A DNA stretch of 64,000 nucleotides, taken from Pseudomonadota bacterium (GTDB lineage: Bacteria; Bdellovibrionota_C; UBA2361; OMII01). Below are positions 38,614-49,733 of the stretch, one piece after another. The stretch spans positions 382,035-446,034 of the forward strand of contig JAYPVM010000001.1 of assembly GCA_038134595.1 (NCBI GenBank). Reading direction: 5' to 3'. The translations under genes and the position numbers were made by a program. Positions within the stretch are counted from its first letter, which is position 1, and each line of letters opens with the position of its first letter. The notes under the pieces were generated by a model, which was not told the origin of the DNA, searched no databases, and worked only from the letters and a program-made list of their open reading frames with translations.

Positions 38614-39511
38614 GCGCTAATTGCGATCGCTTTAACTGCTATGGGTTCCTGCATTTAGGACAGCTCTTTTTAGTATTTCAAAGTATGAAACGCCGGGAGC
38701 CTGGTTTGGTAGTTCAATGTTAACCGTCCCGTTTACTAGGTTTGAGGTGACGCGCCACTTGAGTTAGTTATCCAAGCTCGGGAACTTGGATGGTGGCCTT
38801 GGCTTGCTTTGTCGCCTCTTTCTGCTACTGGCTAATGTCGCTAAAGGTCTTCAAAGTTTGAGTAATTCCCTTCCAAATTGAAGAGGGCGCTTTTCTATAG
38901 GCCTCTTGGTGAAACCACCTTGTAAGGACATTCTTTAGCCTTACTGATTGCTTCTAAACTTATTTAGGACGTAACAAAATCGACATGACGTTAGATAACA
39001 GAAGCGACTAGGCTCTACTAGGTGAGCGAGGATTTTGGTCTACGAAAATTCACTAGAGCTTATGAGAGAAGTAAGACGCACTCGGGCATCTACTTATTCT
39101 AATAAACAGGAATAAATAGAATCCAACTGTACCAAGGACTACGTTCTATTTAGTGGATACGTATGACTACGCCTATAAGGCAAAGTTCCTAAGTTGCTGT
39201 AACGAGGCTAGTTCATGCAGTTATGACACAGATTCAGAGCAGTACTACATATCACTGATGGTGGTTTAAAATCTTGTTCAAGGATCTTTTTCAGAGAAAG
39301 GGAAAGAGATGAATGCATCTTACACAGGTATGTCATGGTGGATGATCTTGACTCCACCGGTAAGCATTCTAGTTCCACTGGTAGCCGTGATACGGATGCA
39401 AGGGGGACTGCAGGCGGCACACCCCTACATGGGGTTTGTCGCCGGGCTGATGGCCGGAACGGTATTCGGGGTTTTAGCGGGACGCTGCACCCGATGATAC
39501 TCAAGTTATGA

Positions 39512-39558
39512 CCCTTAGCATAACGCGCCTTTTTAGGAAGTCGCGTTATTGCTAAGGG
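39512..39558. repeat. Strong palindrome (terminator or REP-like)
   Basis: CCCTTAGCATAACGCG ... CGCGTTATTGCTAAGGG with one bulge, followed by AGTTTTT. Confidence 0.6.
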
Positions 39559-39925
39559 AGTTTTTACAAAGGTTTTTAAGAGATTTTTTTACCACCAATT
39601 TCCTTCTTCCTTATGGTCTTCTACGTGAGGTTCCGTGCAACAGCTCGGAAGGTAGTATCATTTTGGCTTTTTGTTGATGTCCCCTTGTTTTGAGACGCTT
39701 GTTGTATCGTTCTCTTCGTTCCACTAAAGGGCGGGAGTAACGAGGTGGTTTCCGAGCGAGTGTAATCATTCAAAAGGATTTGAAATAGTAGATCTTCTTC
39801 ACGAGATTGTTTTCTTTATCGACTAGCTTTCAGTATGTAGTACTCAGACCGTTAAAAAGAGCCCCTACCCGATGAAATAGAGATAATAGAGACTCTCACG
39901 AGAGAATGTTTTCATCAGAAGTGAG

Positions 39926-40762
39926 TTATTCTGTAGCATTTAAAAGCTCTAACAACTGTGGCATCAGCACAGGGTTAGCAGCCACAATATTATCTACATA
40001 AAGATCTCCCGGATACCCTTCAGTAAGCCGCTGAGAATCGTGGTCATAATTGTAGTGACCGATGACAGCACCAGCTTCTTTAGCGATTAGTCCACCTGCG
40101 GCACCATCCCAAGGTCTAAGCGTTTCCTCAAAGTACGCATCAAGTCTTCCACACGCTACCCAGCAGAGATCAAGTGAAGCGGCGCCAAGTCGGCGAACAT
40201 CTCGGCAGTGCGTTGCCACGCGCTCTATTCGTTTGCAGATGTTATGAATGTTAGCTCGAGAGTAGGGGAATCCTGTTGTTACCAACATCCCTTCAATTGT
40301 CTCGGTTGTTGTGCAAGCAATCTTATTGCCGTTAAGAAAAGCTCCACCATTTTTTGTTGCGGTGAATATTTCATCAAGAAACGGCGCAACTACCACACCT
40401 GCGATAACCTCTCCATTGAGTGCGCACGCAATAGAAATTCCTACATGAGGGTGCCCGTGTGCGTAGTTAGTAGTTCCATCGATCGGATCTATTATCCAGA
40501 CATAGCCTTGTCCGTATTCTTGGGGATCGAGTCTTTCGGTGGTTTCCTCTGCGAGAATCTTGTGTTCTGGGAAGTGGGTTAAGATGGTTTCCTTGATGAT
40601 TTTTTCTGCGGCGATATCTGCTGTCGTCACAAGATCTCTGGTACCTTTGTACGAAACGGATACGGAGAGCTTCTCTCTCTGGTCTTTTGCAATGTGTGCC
40701 GCTTTGTTGCCAGCATCTATAGCGACCTGAAGGATAGATTCAAGCGAGATTTCTGTACTCAT
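39926..40762 (-). CDS. suhB: Inositol monophosphatase family protein
   Basis: DLVTTAD, WIIDPIDGTTNYAHG, RRLGAASLDL, PWDGAAG. Confidence 0.92.
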   Translation of the reverse strand: MSTEISLESILQVAIDAGNKAAHIAKDQREKLSVSVSYKGTRDLVTTADIAAEKIIKETILTHFPEHKILAEETTERLDPQEYGQGYVWIIDPIDGTTNYAHGHPHVGISIACALNGEVIAGVVVAPFLDEIFTATKNGGAFLNGNKIACTTTETIEGMLVTTGFPYSRANIHNICKRIERVATHCRDVRRLGAASLDLCWVACGRLDAYFEETLRPWDGAAGGLIAKEAGAVIGHYNYDHDSQRLTEGYPGDLYVDNIVAANPVLMPQLLELLNATE

Positions 40763-40902
40763 AAAAGTCTCCTAATGGCTTTCTGTATGCCGAAAGTATG
40801 GCAATCAAGAGGGAGAAAAGCAATTTAGGAGACCAAGATGCTGTTAGTGGGCGTGGAACCCACGGAACTGATAAAATCTTCGCAACGGTACCAAGAAGGT
40901 AT

Positions 40903-41121
40903 TTATGCGAAGATATTAATCGTCTGATGCGGCAATTGCGGGTTTCCAGCTTGTGGAGTTGGATATCTTCCATATTCCACGCTTTGAAACGGAACAAACG
41001 CCGGCATATGATTCTGCACCTTGTTGGGGTCGAAGGTTGCAAACGTTCCTGCACCACGAACCTCCGCGGTGTGAAACCCGTGCCCTCGAACGGCCGATGA
41101 GATGCTGTTTACACTATCCAT
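40903..41121 (-). CDS. Small hypothetical protein
   Basis: MDSVNSISSA... ending INIFA; protein-like composition. Confidence 0.4.
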   Translation of the reverse strand: MDSVNSISSAVRGHGFHTAEVRGAGTFATFDPNKVQNHMPAFVPFQSVEYGRYPTPQAGNPQLPHQTINIFA

Positions 41122-41295
41122 ATAAAGGAAATCGTCACACAATAAAAAACCTTAATGGTTTGGCGTTATTTCGAGGGTAAGTTGCAGAGAAAATAGAAGC
41201 TATGTGCCATCGGGGAAAATCGTATTGATTCTACCTGCAGTAGTTAGTAACGTCCTAAGTTTACTAGAGTTATGTGCACGTATGCGGAGCAAGCT

Positions 41296-42015
41296 ATGAC
41301 GGTTGAAATCCTTGGATTAGAGCAGGGGCTAGAGAGCGCTTTTGGTGCGGTTATTAAGAAGATGCTCTCACATCTATACGAAAAAACAGGAGAGGGCCCA
41401 CTTGCTATTGGTCTCTGTGGCGGGAGAAGTGTTGTTGGATTTCTCGATGCACTTGATAAAGAGCTACGAAATGTCTCCAAGGATTTCGTACGGAGGCTAC
41501 ACTTCTTCATGGTTGATGAGCGTTTGGTTCCTCTTGATCACGCAGATAGTAATTATGGCGGATTGCGGGCACAAATTTTTGATCGCTTAATAGCCGAACG
41601 TTTTATAGCCGAGGAGCAACTCCACGCGTTTGTTTCCACACCGGAGACTCGTCGTCAGGCGTGTGCCGAATACAAGGAGCAACTTGATGAGTGCGGCGGC
41701 GAATTCGCGGTCGTCGTATTAGGAATGGGTGAGGACGGGCATGTAGCAAGCCTATTTCCACAACACCCATTATTGCTCGAGGAGCACAAAGGCTTTGTTA
41801 CGATAGAGGACTCTCCAAAGCCACCGCCCGAGCGTATGACCGCTACAAGGCGACTATTGGAGGAGAGTTCTGTTGGGATTCTGTTGGCGCTCGGTGAGGC
41901 TAAGGCAGATGCCTGGCGACAGTTTAACGTGACGGGACAATCTGTTACGAGTTGTCCTGCCACGTTGGTTCGCTCGGTTGATCATCTCTATGTTGTGACC
42001 GATCTTTTGAAGTAG
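41296..42015 (+). CDS. pgl: 6-phosphogluconolactonase
   Basis: GLCGGRS, MVDERLVPLDHADSNY, LGMGEDGHVASLFP, SPKPPPERMT. Confidence 0.92.
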   Translation: MTVEILGLEQGLESAFGAVIKKMLSHLYEKTGEGPLAIGLCGGRSVVGFLDALDKELRNVSKDFVRRLHFFMVDERLVPLDHADSNYGGLRAQIFDRLIAERFIAEEQLHAFVSTPETRRQACAEYKEQLDECGGEFAVVVLGMGEDGHVASLFPQHPLLLEEHKGFVTIEDSPKPPPERMTATRRLLEESSVGILLALGEAKADAWRQFNVTGQSVTSCPATLVRSVDHLYVVTDLLK

Positions 42016-42204
42016 CGTGACCGAAAAAATTGTTAAGAAGTCAGGGGGCCTAGCTCCCATCTGGTCAATTAGATTTAGGGGATTGTGAATCCCTGCGTTC
42101 CTGATAGCATCTAAATAGTAGAAGTACACCTCTGTGCCCTCCGAAGACGTAAGCGGAAACGCGTCATCGGGCCTGTTTAGGAATGCATTTGATAAGGAGC
42201 TACT

Positions 42205-42906
42205 TTGAAATTTTATTCCGCCGCACACCTCTCTGATGTCTCCTCTGATTGCCTTGCAGGCGTTGATAGTCCTCGCTCCAAAAAATCTTACAAGAAGCCG
42301 GTAATACATAAGAACAAAATTGCCCGTAAACAGGCTAAGGACGAGTGTAAACGTCCTACTACGCAACGGTTTCTCTCAGTGCCTCAAAACGGAGATGATT
42401 CAGCCCCGAATTTTTGCTCTCGCTCGGAAGCTATTTGTGCTGAAATGCTATGTCGGTATGTACCGCATTTTAATCTTGAGGAGGGTCGAACGTTCCAGGT
42501 TGAGATCGGCCGTGATGATCGGGGCAACTCTTTGGCCGTTGATTTTTTAGTAGATGGGGTCTTGTTTGAGTATCACCCAGTACGTTTCTTTAAGAATAAG
42601 AGACGGTGGGGAGATTTTGCAAACAAGAGGGAGTATCGTTCGTATACTACGATTATGCATTCGCTTAAAGGAGAACAGCGCGAACTGTTTCAAACCGCTA
42701 TGCGAGCTCGCTTGGCCGAGAACTATTATTCAAAGAGGCGAGGCCAACTAGACGACCATCCGCTTTATCGGCGTATGGAGCTTGTTGTTGCAACGTCGCC
42801 AGAGGAATTTTACGAACTTATCCTCAAGCGTTTCGGAAGAAACGTCCCACGGTCGGTAGCGAGCTTCCTTCAGATCTTTGAAACGCTCCGACGCGACTTG
42901 CCCTGA
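42205..42906 (+). CDS. Hypothetical protein with PD-(D/E)xK/Vsr-like motif
   Basis: SRSE...L...VDFLVDGVLFEYHP; start uncertain. Confidence 0.5.
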   Translation: MKFYSAAHLSDVSSDCLAGVDSPRSKKSYKKPVIHKNKIARKQAKDECKRPTTQRFLSVPQNGDDSAPNFCSRSEAICAEMLCRYVPHFNLEEGRTFQVEIGRDDRGNSLAVDFLVDGVLFEYHPVRFFKNKRRWGDFANKREYRSYTTIMHSLKGEQRELFQTAMRARLAENYYSKRRGQLDDHPLYRRMELVVATSPEEFYELILKRFGRNVPRSVASFLQIFETLRRDLP

Positions 42907-42916
42907 GCTACTAGCT

Positions 42917-44845
42917 CTATTGGGTCAGGATACTTTCGTCGATATCGATAACAGCGCGACCTTTTAGCATCGCAATTGTCGAGGTAAGCGCCTGCTGTGT
43001 ACTTGATTCTTTAGCAGAGATTTGAAACTCCTCAATGGCGGCAATAGCCGCGGCAGAGGATGTATCGGGTGCTTGTATACGTTCTACCGCTCCAACGAAG
43101 AACCCATCTGGCTTTCTAAATATCGTATCCAGGCCACGAGGAGCCGTGTCGGAGGTAAAAACGTTCCTGGTTAGCTCGGGGCCAACAGAGGAGAGTTCTT
43201 GTACAGAGGGCTGAGCTCTCGAGATGGAAAAGGGTCCAACAAGTTTGTATTTTTTTTCAGAAGCGATAGTAGAGAGTTTTTCTGGATTAGCCTTTACTAA
43301 TTGTAGAAAATCTTGCGCTGCCTTTTGCGAAGCTACCTTTGCTTGTTGCTCTTTGTATTTTGAAACAACGGTATCCCTTACTTCCTCGAAAGGGGAGATC
43401 GTTGCCTCTTTGTATTGGGTTACCTGAAAAAGTATCGAGGTGTCGCCGACAGAGTGTAGCGCTGGAGCGATTCTCTCGGCGACGGGGCGCTGGAGAGCTT
43501 GTTGCGTAAGACCCTTAAGTAGCGGAGAGGGATCGACCCCTCGGGTCAGCAAGGATGCTTTCTGTACCTTCACACCGCTTCGATTAGAAACCACTTCAGC
43601 GAGGGTCTTGCCGCTTTTGTTTAGGGTCATAAGTATCTCATGAGCCTTCGCAGAAGCATACGATGGAGCATCTTGTCTTCGTAGGCTAGATTCAATCTCT
43701 GTGCGCACCGCATCAAGAGGTTTGACGGAAGCCTCCTTGTGTTCTTCTACAAATACGATTTCAAATCCGTAATCAGTTTCGATGAGCTCTGCCACACTTT
43801 GAGCGGGTGCGGCGAATACTGCATCGTCATATTTCTTTTCCTGATTGCCGCGCGACAACCATCCCTTATCTCCACCAGCGAGTTTTGTCGGGAGGTCTTC
43901 AGAATACTGTGCAACGAGTTCTTGAAATGGCTTGCCCGATAAGGCTTCGCTGTGAACTTGTTGTGCTTTTGTTTTTACATCAGCCATGAGTTTTGGATCG
44001 CTTGACTTGGGATAGAGAAGAGTAATTGCTCTTACGTGTGCTTGTTCGGGCACCTTAAACTCTGACTGATGCTCAGAGTAGTAGAATTCAACATCCTGCG
44101 GAGCGACAACAACGTCTTTCTCAAAGAGTGAGGGAGAGAAGACATAGTAATCATACGAGACTTTGGCTGGTTGCTCATATTCAGTGGCCGTCTTTTGGTA
44201 GTTGGTTCGTAGTACGTCATCGGCTGGTGTTGAAACAGCTTTCTCGAAATCACTGGTGATAATTTCAACCCCGGAGAGAGAGTACAATGTGTTTTGACGA
44301 GCGTATTGCGCTACGATCTCACCCTTTCCAAGAACCGAGACATCTCGTAGTAGATTGATGTAGGCTTCTCGAGCTATCTCTTCCTTTATCTCTTCACTAA
44401 ACTGTTTAAAGTTCATGCCCAGTGATTGTAATAGTCCACGCACGGCTTCTTTAGAAACGGCTTGTCCTGCAAAAACCTGTTGCACGAGATATTCGCTTAC
44501 CTTGTCATCACTACCTACAAAGCCTAATGCAGAGGCTTCTTGCGAAAGCAGAGCATTGTTGAGCGCCGAGTCCAACGCTTGCCTTGAGATATTGAGGTTA
44601 AAAGAAGTGATGAATTTGTCGAAGTTGTCTCCAAGCATCTTTCGGTAGCGGTCGCGTATGTTTTGTCGCATGCGCTCGTATTCCCGATAGGAGATCTCTT
44701 CCTCGTTCACTTTAAGAGCGTACGAGCCCCGGCTCTTCTGACTCTGAAAGAAGTCAAAAGTGACACTACTAAACATGAAACATACGGCTACAAATAAGAA
44801 AACATAGGTGATTATTTTAGAGTTTTGGTGGATAAGTTTTAGCAT
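42917..44845 (-). CDS. PpiD/SurA-like periplasmic chaperone with parvulin PPIase domain
   Basis: N-terminal TM, VNEEEIS, FQELVAQYSED..GGDKGW, IETDYGFEI. Confidence 0.88.
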   Translation of the reverse strand: MLKLIHQNSKIITYVFLFVAVCFMFSSVTFDFFQSQKSRGSYALKVNEEEISYREYERMRQNIRDRYRKMLGDNFDKFITSFNLNISRQALDSALNNALLSQEASALGFVGSDDKVSEYLVQQVFAGQAVSKEAVRGLLQSLGMNFKQFSEEIKEEIAREAYINLLRDVSVLGKGEIVAQYARQNTLYSLSGVEIITSDFEKAVSTPADDVLRTNYQKTATEYEQPAKVSYDYYVFSPSLFEKDVVVAPQDVEFYYSEHQSEFKVPEQAHVRAITLLYPKSSDPKLMADVKTKAQQVHSEALSGKPFQELVAQYSEDLPTKLAGGDKGWLSRGNQEKKYDDAVFAAPAQSVAELIETDYGFEIVFVEEHKEASVKPLDAVRTEIESSLRRQDAPSYASAKAHEILMTLNKSGKTLAEVVSNRSGVKVQKASLLTRGVDPSPLLKGLTQQALQRPVAERIAPALHSVGDTSILFQVTQYKEATISPFEEVRDTVVSKYKEQQAKVASQKAAQDFLQLVKANPEKLSTIASEKKYKLVGPFSISRAQPSVQELSSVGPELTRNVFTSDTAPRGLDTIFRKPDGFFVGAVERIQAPDTSSAAAIAAIEEFQISAKESSTQQALTSTIAMLKGRAVIDIDESILTQ

Positions 44846-44967
44846 TTCGATCTCTCACTCTTGCGCATTGGAAGCGCTCTTCGGCGCTCGCTAAATAATC
44901 GAATGTTATCGAGGTTTTTGCAAGTAAAACAGCGCAGTCAGTAGCCTTTTTTGGTTCTTTCTGAGTG

Positions 44968-45252
44968 CTATATCGATGTATCGTCACGGGTAGTTTCGCT
45001 TGATGCTGGAGTATACGAGGAGGGTATCCACCGAATGTGGTCTTGAACTTCCCGCAAAAGCGCACAACAGTCGTGATATTGGTCTTCAGTGGTGAGAATG
45101 CGAACGATTTGCTCGGGGTGATCGAGCGTTCGTACGGTTCCGATACCCTCATGCAGATCAAAGTATGCCTGCAACAATACAACGTTGTTGCGGGGAACTG
45201 TGAGAAACAGAGCGATGGTTCCCGGCTCGATGTCGTGACGCGTAATGGTCAT
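44968..45252 (-). CDS. DUF4911-like small protein
   Basis: LLQAYFDLHEGIGTVRTLD motif; immediately downstream of gatB. Confidence 0.7.
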   Translation of the reverse strand: MTITRHDIEPGTIALFLTVPRNNVVLLQAYFDLHEGIGTVRTLDHPEQIVRILTTEDQYHDCCALLREVQDHIRWIPSSYTPASSETTRDDTSI

Positions 45253-45260
45253 GAGCTCGG

Positions 45261-46700
45261 TTATCCTTTTCGTTTTGAAGCTTCTTGTTTGATGAGCTCG
45301 TTTACCTTCTTAGGATTTGCTTGTCCGCCCGTCACCTTCATTACTTGGCCAACAAAGAAACCGTGCAATCGGTCGTTTCCACCGAGATATTCAGCGAGTT
45401 GAGTAGGGTTTTGATCAAACAGGCCGGTGATAATAGCCGAAATCTCATCGTCGTTGCTGAGCTGCTTGAGTCCTTTCTCTTCTACAATCGTTTTGGGGCT
45501 CTTGGATGTTGCAAACATCTCTTCGAAGACAGATTTCGCCATCTTGCCCGATATTACCTCCGTATCGATGAGTGTGATGAGCTCACCTAACTGCTCAGCA
45601 GAGATAGGACTATTCCCAACATCAATTCCTTCTTTGTGTAGTACCCCGAAGAGCTCTGATGTTACCCAGTTGCAGGCAGCCTTTGGGTTGCTGCATGTTG
45701 CGACCACAGCTTCATAGTACTCCACAGAGGCTTTCTCTGAGGTTAAGACGGTTGCATCGTAGAGCGACAAACCGGTCTCTGATGTGAGCGTCTGGATCCA
45801 CTCGCCAGGTAGAGTAGGGAGGGTTTTTTGTACCTCTCGAATCCAACTCTCTTCAACTACAACAGGTGGCAGGTCTGGATCGGGAAAATAACGATAGTCA
45901 GCGCTCTCTTCCTTCGAACGCATCGGGCGGGTTGTCCCCTGTTCGCTGTCGAAAAGTAGAGTCTGCTGCACAACTTCTTGCCCACTCTTAAGCACCGCTG
46001 TTTGCCGAGCTATCTCGTACTCCAACGCACGCTCGACAAACTTGAAGGAGTTTAAGTTTTTAATCTCCGTACGAGTTCCAAATTTCATTTCCCCTACTGG
46101 ACGAAGTGAAATATTGGCGTCGCACCGCAAACTTCCTTCCTCCATATTTCCATCACTAATGCCGAGGTACCGAACGAGTTGTCGAATAGAGCGTAAGTAC
46201 GAAGCGGCTTCAGCGGGCGAGCGGATTTCCGGCTCTGATACGATCTCGAGCAGTGGAACACCTGCACGGTTTAAATCTACAAGGGAAGCATTTGTTCGAG
46301 AGTCGTGGATGTTCTTACCGGCATCTTCCTCCATATGGATTCGCTGCAGGCCGACAGAACGTTTCGTTTCTCCCATGTAAAAATCAACGTGCCCGCGCTC
46401 ACATATTGGCTCGTCAAATTGCGATATCTGATAGCCTTTCGGGAGATCTGGATAAAAGTAGTGTTTGCGTGCAAAGCGATTAAAGCGTCTGATTTCACAG
46501 CCTGTTGCGAGACCAAGCATTATGGCGAATTCAACAGCGCGCTTGTTTGTTACTGGAAGGGCGCCGGGGAGGCCAAGTGTAACAGGGTCGATAAACTCGT
46601 TTGGCTCTCCACCATACGCAGCAGAGGCGTTACAGAATATTTTAGACTCGGTTGCCAATTGAACGTGAACTTCAAGTCCTATAACGGTTTCAAATTCCAT
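45261..46700 (-). CDS. gatB: Asp/Glu-tRNA amidotransferase subunit B
   Basis: VIGLEVHVQL, YFYPDLPKGYQISQ, HMEEDAGK, GSLRCDAN, YRYFPDPDL. Confidence 0.98.
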   Translation of the reverse strand: MEFETVIGLEVHVQLATESKIFCNASAAYGGEPNEFIDPVTLGLPGALPVTNKRAVEFAIMLGLATGCEIRRFNRFARKHYFYPDLPKGYQISQFDEPICERGHVDFYMGETKRSVGLQRIHMEEDAGKNIHDSRTNASLVDLNRAGVPLLEIVSEPEIRSPAEAASYLRSIRQLVRYLGISDGNMEEGSLRCDANISLRPVGEMKFGTRTEIKNLNSFKFVERALEYEIARQTAVLKSGQEVVQQTLLFDSEQGTTRPMRSKEESADYRYFPDPDLPPVVVEESWIREVQKTLPTLPGEWIQTLTSETGLSLYDATVLTSEKASVEYYEAVVATCSNPKAACNWVTSELFGVLHKEGIDVGNSPISAEQLGELITLIDTEVISGKMAKSVFEEMFATSKSPKTIVEEKGLKQLSNDDEISAIITGLFDQNPTQLAEYLGGNDRLHGFFVGQVMKVTGGQANPKKVNELIKQEASKRKG

Positions 46701-46719
46701 GGTTCTACTCCTTTAACTC

Positions 46720-48183
46720 TTACGATAGGGCGGGGTTCTTTGTATGCCATTCAGTAGCGCTTTCAAACGCAGACCCTACTTGAAAGATCGTTGCTTCATC
46801 CCATGGACGCCCGATGAGCTGAAGACCCAGTGGGAGACCGAGTGACGAAAAGCCGCTAGGAAGACTCATCCCTGGGAGCCCCGCAAGGTTTACTGGAATC
46901 GTAAAGATGTCATTGAGATACATCGTCAGTGGATCACTAAACTTCTCGCCTATCTTAAACGGCGGTGTGGGTGCCGTTGGAGTTGCAATAATATCGCAAG
47001 AGGTCTCAAACGCATCTTTGAAATCTTTGACGATAAGCGAACGCACCTTCTGTGCCTTTACGTAAAACGCATCATAGTAGCCGGACGAAAGCACGTATGT
47101 TCCCACCAAAATACGCCGCTGTACTTCTTTACCAAACCCTTCACTGCGACTTCGCGAATAGAGGTCTCGAAGGTCTAGTTCGCCTTCGGCGCGGTGTCCG
47201 TAGCGAATCCCATCGTAGCGAGCAAGATTTGAGGAAGCCTCTGCCGGGGCAAGGATATAATATACAGATACAGCAAGCTCAGTATGAGGAAGCGATATTT
47301 CAACTGGAATAGCACCGAGATCCTCGAGAGTCTTGAGCGCAGTTTGAAAAGATTCCTTTACGTCGGCATCTAATCCAGCGCCCATGTACTCTTTGGGGAC
47401 ACCAATGCGCAGACCTTTAATTGACTGACCGAGCGACTCTTCAAAAGTTGGAACTTCTTTATCTACAGAGGTGGCATCATTCGGGTCGACGCCACACAAT
47501 GCTTGCGTCATTAACGCGCAATCTTGGACGTTTCTGGCGAAAGCGCCTACTTGGTCTAATGACGAAGCGTATGCAATGACACCGTATCGGCTGACACGAC
47601 CGTATGTTGGTTTAAGACCTACCACTCCGCAAAACGAAGCTGGTTGTCGAATCGATCCACCCGTATCAGTACCAAGCGTTGCAGGGCAAATCCCCGCGGC
47701 AACTGCTGCCGCCGAGCCGCCGCTCGAGCCACCTGGAACATACTCGGGGTTCCACGGATTTTTGACGGACCCAAACGCTGAATTCTCATTTGATGAGCCC
47801 ATCGCAAACTCATCCATGTTGAGTTTACCAACAGAAACTGTTCCGGCTTGAACGAGTTTGCGGGTTACGGTGGCATCATAGGGGGGGATGAAGTTTTCCA
47901 GGATCTTACTTCCGGCAGTGGTTCGCACCCCCTTGGTGCAGATAACATCTTTGATGCCAACTGGAATGCCAAGAAGGGGAGAGGATTTTCCTTGCCCAAT
48001 GAGAGTGTCGATCTTCTCAGCTTGTTGTAGTGCGCTTTCTTCCGACACTTCAATGAAGCAATTAAGGTCGGCGTGTTTCTTTGCGCGTGCGATAGAATCT
48101 TTTGTTAACTCAACACATGAGAAGCTCTTTGCTGTGAGCCCTTCTCGCATCGCGGATATTGATAAGGGTGTATTCTCTGACAT
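46720..48183 (-). CDS. gatA: Glu-tRNA amidotransferase subunit A
   Basis: [40 protein letters not shown]. Confidence 0.98.
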   Translation of the reverse strand: MSENTPLSISAMREGLTAKSFSCVELTKDSIARAKKHADLNCFIEVSEESALQQAEKIDTLIGQGKSSPLLGIPVGIKDVICTKGVRTTAGSKILENFIPPYDATVTRKLVQAGTVSVGKLNMDEFAMGSSNENSAFGSVKNPWNPEYVPGGSSGGSAAAVAAGICPATLGTDTGGSIRQPASFCGVVGLKPTYGRVSRYGVIAYASSLDQVGAFARNVQDCALMTQALCGVDPNDATSVDKEVPTFEESLGQSIKGLRIGVPKEYMGAGLDADVKESFQTALKTLEDLGAIPVEISLPHTELAVSVYYILAPAEASSNLARYDGIRYGHRAEGELDLRDLYSRSRSEGFGKEVQRRILVGTYVLSSGYYDAFYVKAQKVRSLIVKDFKDAFETSCDIIATPTAPTPPFKIGEKFSDPLTMYLNDIFTIPVNLAGLPGMSLPSGFSSLGLPLGLQLIGRPWDEATIFQVGSAFESATEWHTKNPALS

Positions 48184-48203
48184 ACTGCTCGCCTATAGAA
48201 GTC

Positions 48204-48545
48204 TTATTCAACAATCAGTGGAACTCGAATGAACCGTCCGGAGTTATCGGGAGTGTTTTGCAACATATCCTCTGCCGATAGCATAGGTTGAGGCGTGGCT
48301 TCAGTTGAGGTCAGAGGCTCTGCGGGCGGTTGAGAGTCGACCGGGTGCACTTTATCCTCTCGCAACACGTTGATAGCTTCATGGGTATGGCTCATCGCTT
48401 GCGCATCGGCGGTATCGACATCGTCGAGCTTCTGTACGTAGCCCAAGATGGAACCGACTTGTTCAGTGAGTTCTCCTTTCATGGATGGGTCCACATCAAG
48501 CCGTGCAAGAGATGCTAGTTTCTCAAAATCATCTTCAGTGATCAT
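48204..48545 (-). CDS. gatC: Asp/Glu-tRNA amidotransferase subunit C
   Basis: LASLARL, ILGYVQKL, NVLRED, FIRVPLIVE; first gene of gatCAB. Confidence 0.92.
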   Translation of the reverse strand: MITEDDFEKLASLARLDVDPSMKGELTEQVGSILGYVQKLDDVDTADAQAMSHTHEAINVLREDKVHPVDSQPPAEPLTSTEATPQPMLSAEDMLQNTPDNSGRFIRVPLIVE

Positions 48546-48718
48546 AATCTTGTATCCACTGTTTAAGAGGGGTTGTCGTTACGGTTAACGTTTGTTCGAT
48601 ACTAGACCACTTTTGAGCAAAGAAATCAACGCGTTAGCAAATGCCATACACACCACTGTAACCTACTGTAAGTAGTTGATTTGTGGCATGGATGAAGCGA
48701 ATGAGATGATGAGACAAG

Positions 48719-48766
48719 GGATTGTGGCGCCGAATGGCGTGGGTTTAAGTCCCGTCAGCCACCCCA
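48719..48766 (+). pseudogene. 3' half of tRNA-His(GUG) (att-like remnant), copy 1
   Basis: GGATT-GTG-GC anticodon loop, T-arm GTGGGTTTAAGTCCCGT, acceptor strand CAGCCAC-C-CCA; no foldable 5' half. Confidence 0.75.
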
Positions 48767-48819
48767 CAGTCGGATTAACATTTCAAGAAACCAATTGAAA
48801 TTTATTGAAATGTTAATCC
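48760..48819 (+). repeat. Module left border: CACCCCACAG plus long inverted repeat (copy 1; copy 2 at 50567-50627)
   Basis: GGATTAACATTTCAA...TTGAAATGTTAATCC. Confidence 0.8.
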
Positions 48820-49733
48820 TTAACCCATTCCTGAGATTCTGGATTCCATTTTGCTTCTCCCCGCAATCTGCCACCTCCTGAGAGTAGTGGCATAATCAGG
48901 GCTCCGATGGTCTCTACCACATTAGCGAGAGAAAGCTTATCTGCATCGATTAGTTTGGACTTTCGTAAAAAGGCTATCCACTGCGCCATCTTTACCGAAT
49001 CATTCGTAAACTCATCCATTAGAGCCAACGGGGGTTCAACTGGTAGTTTCGTTGCCCTCCGTTTGAAAGTAGCAGATATCGCGTCTTTTAGAGGTTGTGC
49101 ATTGAACTGATGCTTAGTTGCCAAAACCCAGAGATCGTAAAAGTCCTTCATGCGGCTGTTGGCGATGCCTCTGTGAACCATGGCATGAAATTTTTCGGCA
49201 ACAACTGTCTCTTGAGAATACGCTTTCAATTTTGGGCTTGGCAGATCAAGCAAAGTAGGAAAATCAATGCTTACTGGCGCTGGAACTATAGAGTCACCAA
49301 AGCCGATGTCAATCTGAAGGGGTATGCGGGCAGAATCTAGCCGTGCAATGAGCGTAGCTCTTAAACCTTGATACTCATCCTCCTCCTTGATTCGTCCCAC
49401 TTGGACTGAGTTGCTATCGAAGACAAGTCCATCATCAGCGAAGTCTTGTAGGCAGATCTCGGCAATGACATTCGTAAAGTATGCTTCATCAGGATTACCG
49501 AAGCTAAGCAGATCAAGATCACGAGTAGGGCGCTGAAGAGACTCCTGCCAGACTTGAAAAAGCATAGCCCCTTTCAAGACAAAGTCGTTCGTATACTGCG
49601 ATTGTGATAGTCTAAATAAAAACCGTTCGAGAGAGAACCTGGTGAGAATCAATTGAAACTCAATTTTTTCTTCTCTTGAAATATTCAAAAGGCGTTGTCT
49701 GATTGATGCGGCGACATTCTTCCTTGAAGTCAT
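48813..49733 (-). CDS. abiEii: AbiEii/AbiGii nucleotidyltransferase toxin (type IV TA)
   Basis: ERFLFRL, FVLKGA, RPTRDLDL, DIGFGD, AEKFHAM, NSRMKDFYD. Confidence 0.93.
   Translation of the reverse strand: MTSRKNVAASIRQRLLNISREEKIEFQLILTRFSLERFLFRLSQSQYTNDFVLKGAMLFQVWQESLQRPTRDLDLLSFGNPDEAYFTNVIAEICLQDFADDGLVFDSNSVQVGRIKEEDEYQGLRATLIARLDSARIPLQIDIGFGDSIVPAPVSIDFPTLLDLPSPKLKAYSQETVVAEKFHAMVHRGIANSRMKDFYDLWVLATKHQFNAQPLKDAISATFKRRATKLPVEPPLALMDEFTNDSVKMAQWIAFLRKSKLIDADKLSLANVVETIGALIMPLLSGGGRLRGEAKWNPESQEWVKD

Noticed and set aside
39300..39500. tmRNA, 6S, SRP or RNase P RNA
   Set aside because: No conserved terminal or core motifs of these RNAs recognised
45037..48518. Multiple plus-strand ORFs over gatCAB
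   Set aside because: Antisense shadows of conserved genes
48683..48766. Intact tRNA-His gene
   Set aside because: No D-arm or properly spaced 5' acceptor strand; T-loop altered
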